This document shows positions 1-9,011 of a DNA stretch of 64,000 nt, piece after piece (positions within the stretch are counted from its first letter, which is position 1; every line of letters starts with the position of its first letter). The notes under the pieces are model-generated. The model did not search any database and was not told the DNA's origin. It worked only from the letters and a program-made list of their open reading frames with translations. The translations under genes were made by a program, and so were the position numbers. The stretch comes from Negativicutes bacterium. Lineage in GTDB: Bacteria > Bacillota > Negativicutes > UBA1444. The DNA lies in assembly GCA_963665275.2 (NCBI GenBank), contig CAXXIN010000018.1:1-64000 (forward strand). Direction: 5' to 3'.

Positions 1-1281
1 CATTGGGCTTACGACGCAGTGACAAAATTGGCTCAGGCAGGAATCCTTGATGGTTACGGCGACGGCGCCTATCGCGGCGAGCGTCTCGCCACCCGGTACG
101 AAATGGCGCAGGCTACTGCCAAAGCAATGGCGCGCGCTGACAAAGCCGATGCCCAAATGAAAGCCCTGATCGACAAACTGGTGGTTGAGTTCGCCGCTGA
201 ACTGAACAATCTCGGCGTTCGCGTGGCGAAGCTCGAGAAAAACGCTTCCAGCATCAAATTCTGGGGCGACAGCCGCTTGCGCATGCTGTCCAACCCGATT
301 GGCCTGCCTTCTAACTCGGCTGTGGCAGATAAAACGTATTGGGATCAACGGCTTCGCGTTTATGCGAAAGCGGACCTGAACGAAAAGGCCGCTTTTTATG
401 GTCGCCTCATGGCCAACTGGCGTGATGACTCCGCTGCCGGTAAGAGCTATGAATCCACTATATACTGGGATTACGGCTATTTCCAGTGGACTTTCAATCC
501 CGCTTTTAAAGTTGCTGTGGGCCGCCAATCGATTGCTGCTGCTTACGACCTTTTCTTCACAAACGGTGGGTATGATGCGATTCAATTCATGTTTGGCGCT
601 CCGAGCGATAAATTCACCGCCAAAGTTGGATATGGCGACGTAGGCACTTACACCAGCGCCGGTTCGCCGACTACCGACAACATGGCAAAACCGATGATTC
701 AACTGGACGCGACTTATAAGCTTAGCAAGGACTGGTCGGTCAATGGCGCCATGTATTACTCAACGGATGCAGACTCCGACGCAATGACCCTTTCGTCCGC
801 TGGAACCTACACAAATGGATTCCCATTCCAGGTATATGCTCTCAGTGTTAAAGGAAACCTGAGCAGCGATTTCACAACCCGCGCCAGCTACTTCTGGAAT
901 AGCGCCAAAGCCGTCAGAGATGAAGCCAAGAATCCGGACAACACCAATGCGACCGGCTGGATGGCCGATTTGTGGTACAAAGGCGCCAATAAAGCAAAAG
1001 TCGGTACGTGGGGCATTGGGATCAGCTATCGTGACATCAAACCCTGGGCCCTCGAAATTCCCAATACGTCGGGTATGCTTGGGAACAGCATGGTTGATAA
1101 AAGCGCGAACTATTGGGGATCCAAAGGCTGGGGTTTTGGGGCAAACTACACGATCAGCAAGAATGCGGTTTTAATGGCGACTTATGAAAATCTTAGCCGC
1201 AACCGCAACACGCCGGGCTCCGATGACGGTAGCCAGCAGTTGTTCCCATTTTACTACCTGCGTTTGGATGTAGGTTTCTAG
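1..1281 (+). CDS. SLH-domain outer-membrane porin (Negativicutes OmpM/Omp-alpha type), 5'-truncated by window edge
   Basis: Frame is open from base 1 (HWAYDAVTKLAQAGILDGYGDG..TRYEMA = SLH motif). A coiled coil (LVVEFAAELNNLGVRVAKLE) follows, then an aromatic-rich beta-barrel ending in C-terminal Phe (YYLRLDVGF). Confidence 0.9.
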   Translation, partial: HWAYDAVTKLAQAGILDGYGDGAYRGERLATRYEMAQATAKAMARADKADAQMKALIDKLVVEFAAELNNLGVRVAKLEKNASSIKFWGDSRLRMLSNPIGLPSNSAVADKTYWDQRLRVYAKADLNEKAAFYGRLMANWRDDSAAGKSYESTIYWDYGYFQWTFNPAFKVAVGRQSIAAAYDLFFTNGGYDAIQFMFGAPSDKFTAKVGYGDVGTYTSAGSPTTDNMAKPMIQLDATYKLSKDWSVNGAMYYSTDADSDAMTLSSAGTYTNGFPFQVYALSVKGNLSSDFTTRASYFWNSAKAVRDEAKNPDNTNATGWMADLWYKGANKAKVGTWGIGISYRDIKPWALEIPNTSGMLGNSMVDKSANYWGSKGWGFGANYTISKNAVLMATYENLSRNRNTPGSDDGSQQLFPFYYLRLDVGF

Positions 1282-1410
1282 AACAGGAACCGCTTCCCGA
1301 GTGAGAAATGGTTGTCCCGCAAATGAAAAAAAGAGGACAGTGCGAGATAGAATCATACTGAAGCATATAATTATTGGCGACAGTTATTTTTGTAATTACA
1401 GGAGGATGAC

Positions 1411-2499
1411 ATGAAACACAGGAAATATTCCCTGATTCTATGCGTGATGATGGTCTCGTTGGCATTCGTTTTTGCAGGCTGCGGGAAAAAACCACCGGCA
1501 ACGGAAGTCCCTACGATCGTCCAGGTGGAGAAGATCCAGCCCGGACAGCAATCTGAAATGTTCACCTATGCCGGAGATGTCCGGGGACGTTTTGAGAGCC
1601 AGTTCGCGTTTCAGGCTGCTGGCCGGATACAGGCAAGACTAGTCAATAATGGGGACGCGGTTAAGGCCGGGCAGACGCTGATGCGGATCGACGTGGCCGA
1701 CCTGAAGACACAGCTGGACAGCGCGAGAGCGAATCTGGTGGCAGCCCAGTCAGAATACAATTTAAGTGAACTGACATACAAACGTTACGAGATGCTGGCG
1801 AAGAATGAAGTTATCAGTAAGTCGGAATTTGATACTGTATCTGCAAGCTATCAAGTTTCGACGTCCAAACTGCGGGCGGCGGAAGCGGCTTACGTAGCTT
1901 CAAGCCAACAATTTGGGTACAGTAATCTAACCGCGGATGCGAACGGGGTTGTCGCCGGTATTCAGGTGGAAGCCGGACAGGTCGTATCGGTCGGTCAATT
2001 GGCATTGAGTCTGGTGCGTGCCGGAGAAATGGAAATCCAGATCAGTGTGCCTGAACAGCGGGTCGAAGAGATCCGGAAGGCGCGCAAGGTCGTCGTGAAT
2101 TTCTGGGCGATTCCCAAAACGGAAGTGGACGGGGTTATCCGTGAAGTGGCGGCTCAGGCGGATGCATCCACTCGTACCTATATGGTGCGGGTCAGCATCC
2201 CGCAAATGCCCCAGATTCGATATGGGATGTCAGCGACAGTCAAGATTTGGCCCGGCGAAGCGGCAACCCGGATCGTTTTGCCTATGGCGGCCGTCTATCA
2301 AACAGAAGGTAAGCCACCTTCTTTATGGATCGTGGAAAATGAAGCGCTACGTCTGCAGCCTGTTGAATTGGGTGATTTTATCGCGGACGGAGTGGTGATC
2401 CGTTCCGGTGTGAAACCTGGCGATACAGTTGTCACCGCTGGAGTTCAAAGACTGCGGGATGGACAAAAAGTGAAAATCTGGGACGGTAGAAAAATATGA
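1411..2499 (+). CDS. RND efflux periplasmic adaptor (MFP) lipoprotein
   Basis: Lipobox FAGC, lipoyl half-motifs (GDAVKAGQTL; VEAGQVVSVGQ) and an alpha-hairpin. AGGAGG RBS. Overlaps the next gene (ATGA). Confidence 0.92.
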   Translation: MKHRKYSLILCVMMVSLAFVFAGCGKKPPATEVPTIVQVEKIQPGQQSEMFTYAGDVRGRFESQFAFQAAGRIQARLVNNGDAVKAGQTLMRIDVADLKTQLDSARANLVAAQSEYNLSELTYKRYEMLAKNEVISKSEFDTVSASYQVSTSKLRAAEAAYVASSQQFGYSNLTADANGVVAGIQVEAGQVVSVGQLALSLVRAGEMEIQISVPEQRVEEIRKARKVVVNFWAIPKTEVDGVIREVAAQADASTRTYMVRVSIPQMPQIRYGMSATVKIWPGEAATRIVLPMAAVYQTEGKPPSLWIVENEALRLQPVELGDFIADGVVIRSGVKPGDTVVTAGVQRLRDGQKVKIWDGRKI

Positions 2500-5400
2500 A
2501 AAGCGAAGAAGGGTTCAATCTTAGTGAATGGGCGCTGAATCATCGTTCCCTGATGATATTCATCATGGTGCTTGTTTTTGTTGCAGGCGCCTATTCCTAT
2601 ACCAGGCTTGGCAGGGAAGAGGATCCAGGATTCATAATCCGGACAATGGTAGTTACGACACAGTGGCCGGGCGCTTCCGCCAAAGAGGTGGAACAACAGG
2701 TTACTGATAAAATCGAGAAAAAGATTCAGGAAGTGCCGGGACTCTTTTATATCAAAAGTTATTCCCAACCCGGCAAGTCAAATGTATTCGTGTACCTTCG
2801 GGATGAAGTAAAAGCCAAAGATGTTTGGCCGACTTGGGTAAAAGTCCGGAACCTTGTGAATGATATGTCGACCACGTTGCCGCAGGGGGTGCAGGGACCA
2901 TTCTTCAACGACACATTCGGTGACGTCTATGGTTCGATATACGCGCTCACGGGAGACGGATTCTCCATGGGGCAGATGGAACTTCAGGCTGACTCGATTC
3001 GGTTGCTCCTGCGAAATGTGCCGCAAGTCAGCAAGGTGGGCCTCATCGGGGTACAGCCGCAAAAAATCCATATCGAAGTAGAAAACAGCAAGCTGGCCAC
3101 ACTCGGTCTGGATCCTGGCAACGTCATCTCGACGTTGCAGAAACAAAATGCCATGAATGCATCCGGTCGTATCGAAACCAGCAACGACAATATATATCTG
3201 CGCATTACGGGCCTTTTTTCTACGGTTGAAAATATCAGCAATATTGCGATTCAACAGGGCGACCGTATTTTCCGGCTGGGCGATATCGCCACCGTGACCC
3301 GGGGATATCCGGATCCTCCCCAGCCTGAGTTTTATTACAATGGTAAACCTTCTATTGCGGTCACAGTGGCAATGGAAGGCGGCGGCAACGTCATGGAACT
3401 GGGGAAAGGGCTGGAAGCCGCGATAGAACGGATCAGTCGCGAAATGCCTGCCGGCATGGAAATCCACCAGGTTTCCGATCAGCCGAAAGTAGTAGATGAG
3501 TCTATCGGCGAGTTTTCAAAATCACTGGAAGAAGCGGTGATCATTGTTCTGGTGGTCAGTTTCCTGAGCCTGGGTCTGCGAGCCGGCTTGGTCGTGCTTG
3601 TCAGTATGCCGTTGGTTCTATGCACAGTTTTCCTGGTGATGGACGCCATGGGAATCACGCTGCAAAAGATCTCCCTGGGTGCGCTGATCATTGCGCTCGG
3701 GTTGTTAGTAGACGACGCCATGATCTGCGTGGAAATGATGGAATATAAGCTGGAACAAGGCTGGGATAAAGTCAGGGCGGCAGAGTTCGCTTATACAGCG
3801 ACCGCGTTTCCGATGCTCACAGGGACCTTGGTTACAGCTGCCGGTTTCATGCCGGTGGCATTTTCTGCCGGCTCAGCTTCTGAATACTGCGGTTCCATGT
3901 TCTGGGTTATCACCATTGCGCTGATATCCTCGTGGCTGGTCGCGGTGACCGTAATCCCGCTTGTCGGCCAATGGCTGCTCAAAGCCCATGTGACGCCGGG
4001 AAGCGAGGATGCCGAACCCAAGAAGCCTGAGTCTGCGCTGGCAAGAAAAATACGTTGCTTTCAGGATGCGGCGCTGCATCAACTGAAGTTGTTCGTTATC
4101 AAAGTCATTCCAGCCGCTGAGAAGTGGTTGACAAAGGCCAAACCCCAGGCTGAAATCGGAGAGGATCAGGGCGGGCATGGTGGACATGATGGACATGGGA
4201 GGCCGGAATCCGTTAATGTCAAGAAGTTCCGAAGTCTTTTGAATCAAACGCTCCATCACCGATGGATCGTGATTGGTGTTACCGTGGGTGTATTTGTGGT
4301 TTCCGTACTTGGTCTGAATCTGGTAACCAAAGAATTTTTCCCGCCATCCACCCGTCCGGAACTTATCGTCGAAATGACATTGCCGGCAGGTGCCTCCATC
4401 CATGCGACCAACAGGGAAGTGACGCGGATTACGGAATTGTTGCAGAAGGATTCCACGGTGTTGAACGTGACTTCCTATGTGGCCCAGTCTGCGCCGCGGT
4501 TCGTATTGGTCCAGGATAGTTCGATGGCGGCAGACAATTATGCGCAGCTGGTGATTTTGACAAAGGGAGCTGAGGCACGGGATCATCTCAGAGCTGTCGT
4601 TGATGATGAATGGCCCTCGCTGTTCCCCAATGTGCAACTTCACACCAAGACCATTTCCAATGGGCCGCCGTCTCCGTACCCGGTGATGCTCCGGGTGATC
4701 GGCGAAAAACATGAAAAAGTCCTGGAACTGGCCGATCAAGTGCGGCAGACGATGCTGAAGGATCCGGCAGTGACAGGAGTAACACTGGACTGGTTCGAAA
4801 AAAGTCCGGTGGCCATTCTCGAAGTCGACCAGGACAAAGCCCGGGCTCTGGGCCTCAACAATACCACGCTGGCTACCAGTTTGCAGGCCAGCATATCGGG
4901 GTATGCCGTTTCCGAATTTCGTGAAAATGATAAAACAATTGCCATCATGGTCCGGAACGATGCCAGCCGATGGAAGGAACTTGGGAACCTGCGCAATCTT
5001 TACGTCAATGTGGGTTCAACTGACGCAAAGTATATCCCGTTGGAACAGATTGCCAAAATTCGCTACGAGCAGGAAAATGAGCTGATTTGGCGGCGGAATG
5101 TGATGCCGACCATCACGGTTCAGGCTACCATCCGACCGGGTTTTCTTGGCAATGATGTTGCAACCAGTGTGTTAACAGAACTGGATGGACTCCGACAGTC
5201 CCTGCCGCCAGGCTATAGTATAGAGGCGGATGGTGATCTGGAGGCCAGTCAAAGGTCGGCCAAATATCTCGCCTCCGTGTATCCCTTGATGGTCGGAGTA
5301 ATCATGCTGCTGCTGATGTTCCAGCTACAGAGCATATCCCGAATGACTCTGGTGCTATTAACAGCGCCGCTTGGAATCATCGGAGTCACTGTTTTCTTGC

Positions 5401-5759
5401 TGCTGCTTCAGAAACCGATGGGTTTTGTTACCCAACTTGGTGTCATTGCTCTATCTGGAATGATCATCCGAAACTCCGTCATCCTGATTGACCAGATCGA
5501 GAAACACATTGCCGACGGGGAACAGCCCTGGGATGCCATCGTCGATTCCGCCATCGTCCGCTTCCGTCCTATCATGCTGACGGCGGTTGCCGCGATCCTT
5601 GCCATGATACCGCTGGTCAGCAGTACATTCTGGGGGCCGATGGCAGTGGCTATCATGGGGGGATTGCTTGTAGCCACGGTATTGACGCTGATTTATCTGC
5701 CGGCGGCTTATGCGGCGTGGTTCAAGGTGAAACCCGTAACTCCCGTTTCGAACAAATAA
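2496..5759 (+). CDS. RND efflux permease (AcrB/AcrD/AcrF family)
   Basis: 1087 aa with GLLVDDA proton-relay motif in TM4, RFRPIMLT motif and a 12-TM / two-periplasmic-domain layout. Confidence 0.95.
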   Translation: MKSEEGFNLSEWALNHRSLMIFIMVLVFVAGAYSYTRLGREEDPGFIIRTMVVTTQWPGASAKEVEQQVTDKIEKKIQEVPGLFYIKSYSQPGKSNVFVYLRDEVKAKDVWPTWVKVRNLVNDMSTTLPQGVQGPFFNDTFGDVYGSIYALTGDGFSMGQMELQADSIRLLLRNVPQVSKVGLIGVQPQKIHIEVENSKLATLGLDPGNVISTLQKQNAMNASGRIETSNDNIYLRITGLFSTVENISNIAIQQGDRIFRLGDIATVTRGYPDPPQPEFYYNGKPSIAVTVAMEGGGNVMELGKGLEAAIERISREMPAGMEIHQVSDQPKVVDESIGEFSKSLEEAVIIVLVVSFLSLGLRAGLVVLVSMPLVLCTVFLVMDAMGITLQKISLGALIIALGLLVDDAMICVEMMEYKLEQGWDKVRAAEFAYTATAFPMLTGTLVTAAGFMPVAFSAGSASEYCGSMFWVITIALISSWLVAVTVIPLVGQWLLKAHVTPGSEDAEPKKPESALARKIRCFQDAALHQLKLFVIKVIPAAEKWLTKAKPQAEIGEDQGGHGGHDGHGRPESVNVKKFRSLLNQTLHHRWIVIGVTVGVFVVSVLGLNLVTKEFFPPSTRPELIVEMTLPAGASIHATNREVTRITELLQKDSTVLNVTSYVAQSAPRFVLVQDSSMAADNYAQLVILTKGAEARDHLRAVVDDEWPSLFPNVQLHTKTISNGPPSPYPVMLRVIGEKHEKVLELADQVRQTMLKDPAVTGVTLDWFEKSPVAILEVDQDKARALGLNNTTLATSLQASISGYAVSEFRENDKTIAIMVRNDASRWKELGNLRNLYVNVGSTDAKYIPLEQIAKIRYEQENELIWRRNVMPTITVQATIRPGFLGNDVATSVLTELDGLRQSLPPGYSIEADGDLEASQRSAKYLASVYPLMVGVIMLLLMFQLQSISRMTLVLLTAPLGIIGVTVFLLLLQKPMGFVTQLGVIALSGMIIRNSVILIDQIEKHIADGEQPWDAIVDSAIVRFRPIMLTAVAAILAMIPLVSSTFWGPMAVAIMGGLLVATVLTLIYLPAAYAAWFKVKPVTPVSNK

Positions 5760-5841
5760 CAACAGATTCATTGCCAAATGAGCAATGTGTATCGCCTGTT
5801 CATTCATATCAAAATGTGTCCCCGTAATGGAGGATGATCCC

Positions 5842-7239
5842 GTGAAGCGTGTTAACAGTATTTTATATAAGATCACTTCGTTTCGTTACTTTGCGCTCAA
5901 GCAACGGATTCTCGCCTTTCTGGTTCTGGGCTTGATTCTGCTGTTGCCGTTGCGTGCATCAGCAGGCGCCTTGGAGGATTACACCGAAGCCCGAAAAATG
6001 TTTTTGGCGACGGCAGCTTCCATGGCCGCCTATAGCAACAGGCCTGCCAGTCTAGTTACGGAAAGTTTCGCACAACAGGGATGGAAAATCATAAAAAGAG
6101 AGCAGGTCGGAGAGAATGCGGACGTTCAGTTCATTCTCGCCTGGGATGCGAATTCGCAGTTGGGTCGAAACCATTACCTGCTGGCGGTGGCTGGGACCGA
6201 GAGTAAGCTGGATGTCAAAGTTGATTTGCGCACAAGTAAGGTGTATTTTGCGGGCTCTACGCTGGAGGAGTTCGCTGCGAATGCTGCCAGGACCGACTTG
6301 CCGCCTGATGCGCCTCGGGTGCATAAAGGGTTCAACCAGGTAGCGCAACTACTCCTGTCTATGGAAACAATTCAGACACAGGACGAACAGAACGGAAAAC
6401 CGAAACTGTTGACCTCATTCCTGCAGGAAAATCCTGATGAAAAGGTATATCTTGTGGGACATAGCCTGGGCGGCGCAGTGGTGACGCTGATTGCAGCACG
6501 GCTGGTGGATATGGGAGTGCGTCCGGAACAAATCGAAGTCATCGCTTTGGGCGCGCCAACCGTAGGGAATGAGGCCTTCGTGCAGCGATATGATGGAAAA
6601 TTTCCTCTGACACGGATTGTTGTGGATGGAGATCCGGTTCCATTGGCGCTGCGAAAGGTTTTCGGCGGCTACCGCCATTTCGGCACAGTATTTGAATATC
6701 CGGCTTCGTACACCTTGAAGGGTTATTTTCAGCATGATATGACGGTTTATTTGGATGTGGCTTTGAAAAGATATTTTTCGATAAGACGCAAGGCACTGGA
6801 TGAAGGGGTACTCCCAATAGCGACGCCTGTTCCTGATAAGCCGCGCATGTATGTCGCTCCGATAAAAAACAGCCTGCCTGCGGCCCTGCAGGAAGAATTC
6901 ACTTTCATGAAAGAGGGTCTATTGGAGAAATACGAGGCAATCTTGCCCGGATTTGTGCTGGATCCCGGAAAAACATATGACGAGACCACGATGCAAAAAG
7001 CGGCTGCGGCCGGCTGCGAGCTGTTGGTAGTGTCGGAAATACATGCGGAAAAAGTTCGGCAAGAAGAGAACACCTATTACGTATCCCTGCTCCAATCCGT
7101 GTATCGAGTCAAAGATGGTACTCTGCTTAATTTGGGCAGTTATGGAAGTGGCACGAAAGTTCTGACGCCGCTGGAAGCGTTGCTTCATGATTCCGGTGAA
7201 ATGAAGGCAGAGAGTAGTGAGTGGATAAATAACAAATAG
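5842..7239 (+). CDS. Secreted/membrane-anchored class 3 lipase-family protein with extra C-terminal domain
   Basis: GHSLGG nucleophile elbow, VHKGF, AGT oxyanion region, GAPTVGN and DPVP; hydrophobic N-terminus. Start moved to GTG 5842 behind GGAGG. Confidence 0.85.
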   Translation: MKRVNSILYKITSFRYFALKQRILAFLVLGLILLLPLRASAGALEDYTEARKMFLATAASMAAYSNRPASLVTESFAQQGWKIIKREQVGENADVQFILAWDANSQLGRNHYLLAVAGTESKLDVKVDLRTSKVYFAGSTLEEFAANAARTDLPPDAPRVHKGFNQVAQLLLSMETIQTQDEQNGKPKLLTSFLQENPDEKVYLVGHSLGGAVVTLIAARLVDMGVRPEQIEVIALGAPTVGNEAFVQRYDGKFPLTRIVVDGDPVPLALRKVFGGYRHFGTVFEYPASYTLKGYFQHDMTVYLDVALKRYFSIRRKALDEGVLPIATPVPDKPRMYVAPIKNSLPAALQEEFTFMKEGLLEKYEAILPGFVLDPGKTYDETTMQKAAAAGCELLVVSEIHAEKVRQEENTYYVSLLQSVYRVKDGTLLNLGSYGSGTKVLTPLEALLHDSGEMKAESSEWINNK

Positions 7240-7268
7240 AGATGAACTATATGCAAGGGGGCGGTACC

Positions 7269-8963
7269 ATGAATTGGTTCATTGAGTCTTTTCGACAGTA
7301 CCCGGAGTTGGCGATTTTTCTGTCACTGGCGTTGGGATACTGGGTCGGTCGCCTGAAGATCGGCAGTTTCACTGTCGGCGCTCCTCTAGGCACTCTATTG
7401 ATGGGGATGTTGGTTGGTCAGATGGGGATTCCCATCACAGGGCCGCTGAAGTCGCTTTTCTTTACCATGTTTTTGTTTGTCACCGGCTATAAGATTGGGC
7501 CGCAATTTTTTCAGAGCCTCAAGAGTGATGGGCTGCCGCAGGCAGCCTTTACCGTTATTGTTCGGGTTCTGTGTTTTATTTGCCCCTTTTTCGCAGCGGT
7601 GTTGCTGGGATATGACCCAGGAACGGCAGCCGGCTTCATGGCAGGGTCACAGACCAATTCGGTCACCTTGGGCGTGGCTGGTGATGCGATTAGCAAACTC
7701 AGTCTGGAAGCAGCGGCGAAACAGCAGCTACTCAATGCCAATGCAGTTGCCTACGCCATCACCTATATCTTCGGCACGGCAGGAACCATTTGGATCCTGT
7801 CGTCGGTGGCGCCTAAGCTGCTGGGCATGAATCTGCCGGAAGCCTGCAAAGAATTGGAAGCGAAGATGGGCAGCGGCGCCATCGTGCCAGGGCTCGATGC
7901 GGGCTCCCCCTCATTTGGACTGAGGGCATACCAGATTACCTCGCCGGAATTGGACAACTTTTCTGTAGCCCAGTTTGAAACCGAGGTCGTCAAACGGAAA
8001 AACGCGCGAGGATTTATCCGTCGCTTGCGCAGAGCAGGCGAAATCCTGGAATGTTCCCCTGACACGATCCTTCACCTAGGCGATATCATTGCCGTTGACG
8101 CTTCTGTCTCGGTGCATGCTACCGCGAACCTGTCCAATATCGGACCAGAGGTTGCTGATCTTGCTCTGATTGATATTCCTACGGATATAGTTGATGTAAT
8201 AATCACCAACAAAGCGGCGGCAGGTCTGACACTGAAGGAAATGGGCTCATTACCATTCAGCCGGGGCATTTTCTTGCGGAAATTGGTCCGCGATCAGACG
8301 CTGATGCCATTTTTCCCAGAAACCAAAGTGAATCGGGGTGATGTTCTCACGATCATCGGAGGCAAACCTGACGTCGAGCGCGCTGCCCAGTTCCTTGGTT
8401 ACGCGGACCGACCGACCGATACGACGGATATGATCTACGTTGGGGCTGGAATCGTGATCGGGGGCCTGATCGGGTTGGTGACGATCAAAGTAGGCGGAAT
8501 ACCGCTAAGCCTTAGTTCTACCGCCGGCGCGTTGATCGCTGGCCTCATCATCGGCTGGCTCCGTTCCGTGCGACCGGCCTTCGGCCGCGTGCCAACGCCA
8601 GCCCTCTGGGTGATGGATGCTTTGGGCTTAAATGTGTTTCTGGCAGTTGTTGGCATCACATCAGGACCGAGTTTCATCAAAGGAATACAATCGATGGGAG
8701 TCAGTTTGCTGCTGGCGGGAGTTGCAGCCACTATTGTGCCGCTGTTCTTTGGATTGTTCATCGGCAAGTATGTTTTCAAGTTCCATCCGGCCGTACTGCT
8801 GGGGTGCCTTTGCGGCGCCAGAGGATCGGCTCCGGCGCTTCCCAGCGTCATTGCCGCCGCGCAAAGTCAGTTACCCGCCCTGTATTATCCTTTAGGATTG
8901 GCTATCAGCCAGATATTAGCTGCAGTTGCTGGGGTGCTCGTTATAACCTTGTTGGCGAATTAG
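7269..8963 (+). CDS. Aspartate:alanine exchanger family transporter (AspT/YidE) with two TrkA-C domains
   Basis: N- and C-terminal TM blocks (PELAIFLSLALGY; GYKIGPQFF; AYAITYIFG; GYADRP) flank two TrkA-C repeats. Start at ATG 7269 after AGGGGG. Confidence 0.88.
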   Translation: MNWFIESFRQYPELAIFLSLALGYWVGRLKIGSFTVGAPLGTLLMGMLVGQMGIPITGPLKSLFFTMFLFVTGYKIGPQFFQSLKSDGLPQAAFTVIVRVLCFICPFFAAVLLGYDPGTAAGFMAGSQTNSVTLGVAGDAISKLSLEAAAKQQLLNANAVAYAITYIFGTAGTIWILSSVAPKLLGMNLPEACKELEAKMGSGAIVPGLDAGSPSFGLRAYQITSPELDNFSVAQFETEVVKRKNARGFIRRLRRAGEILECSPDTILHLGDIIAVDASVSVHATANLSNIGPEVADLALIDIPTDIVDVIITNKAAAGLTLKEMGSLPFSRGIFLRKLVRDQTLMPFFPETKVNRGDVLTIIGGKPDVERAAQFLGYADRPTDTTDMIYVGAGIVIGGLIGLVTIKVGGIPLSLSSTAGALIAGLIIGWLRSVRPAFGRVPTPALWVMDALGLNVFLAVVGITSGPSFIKGIQSMGVSLLLAGVAATIVPLFFGLFIGKYVFKFHPAVLLGCLCGARGSAPALPSVIAAAQSQLPALYYPLGLAISQILAAVAGVLVITLLAN

Positions 8964-9011
8964 CATAGTGACTAGGGTTACGCTTCTTTGTGAATGATGA
9001 AATAACAAAAC

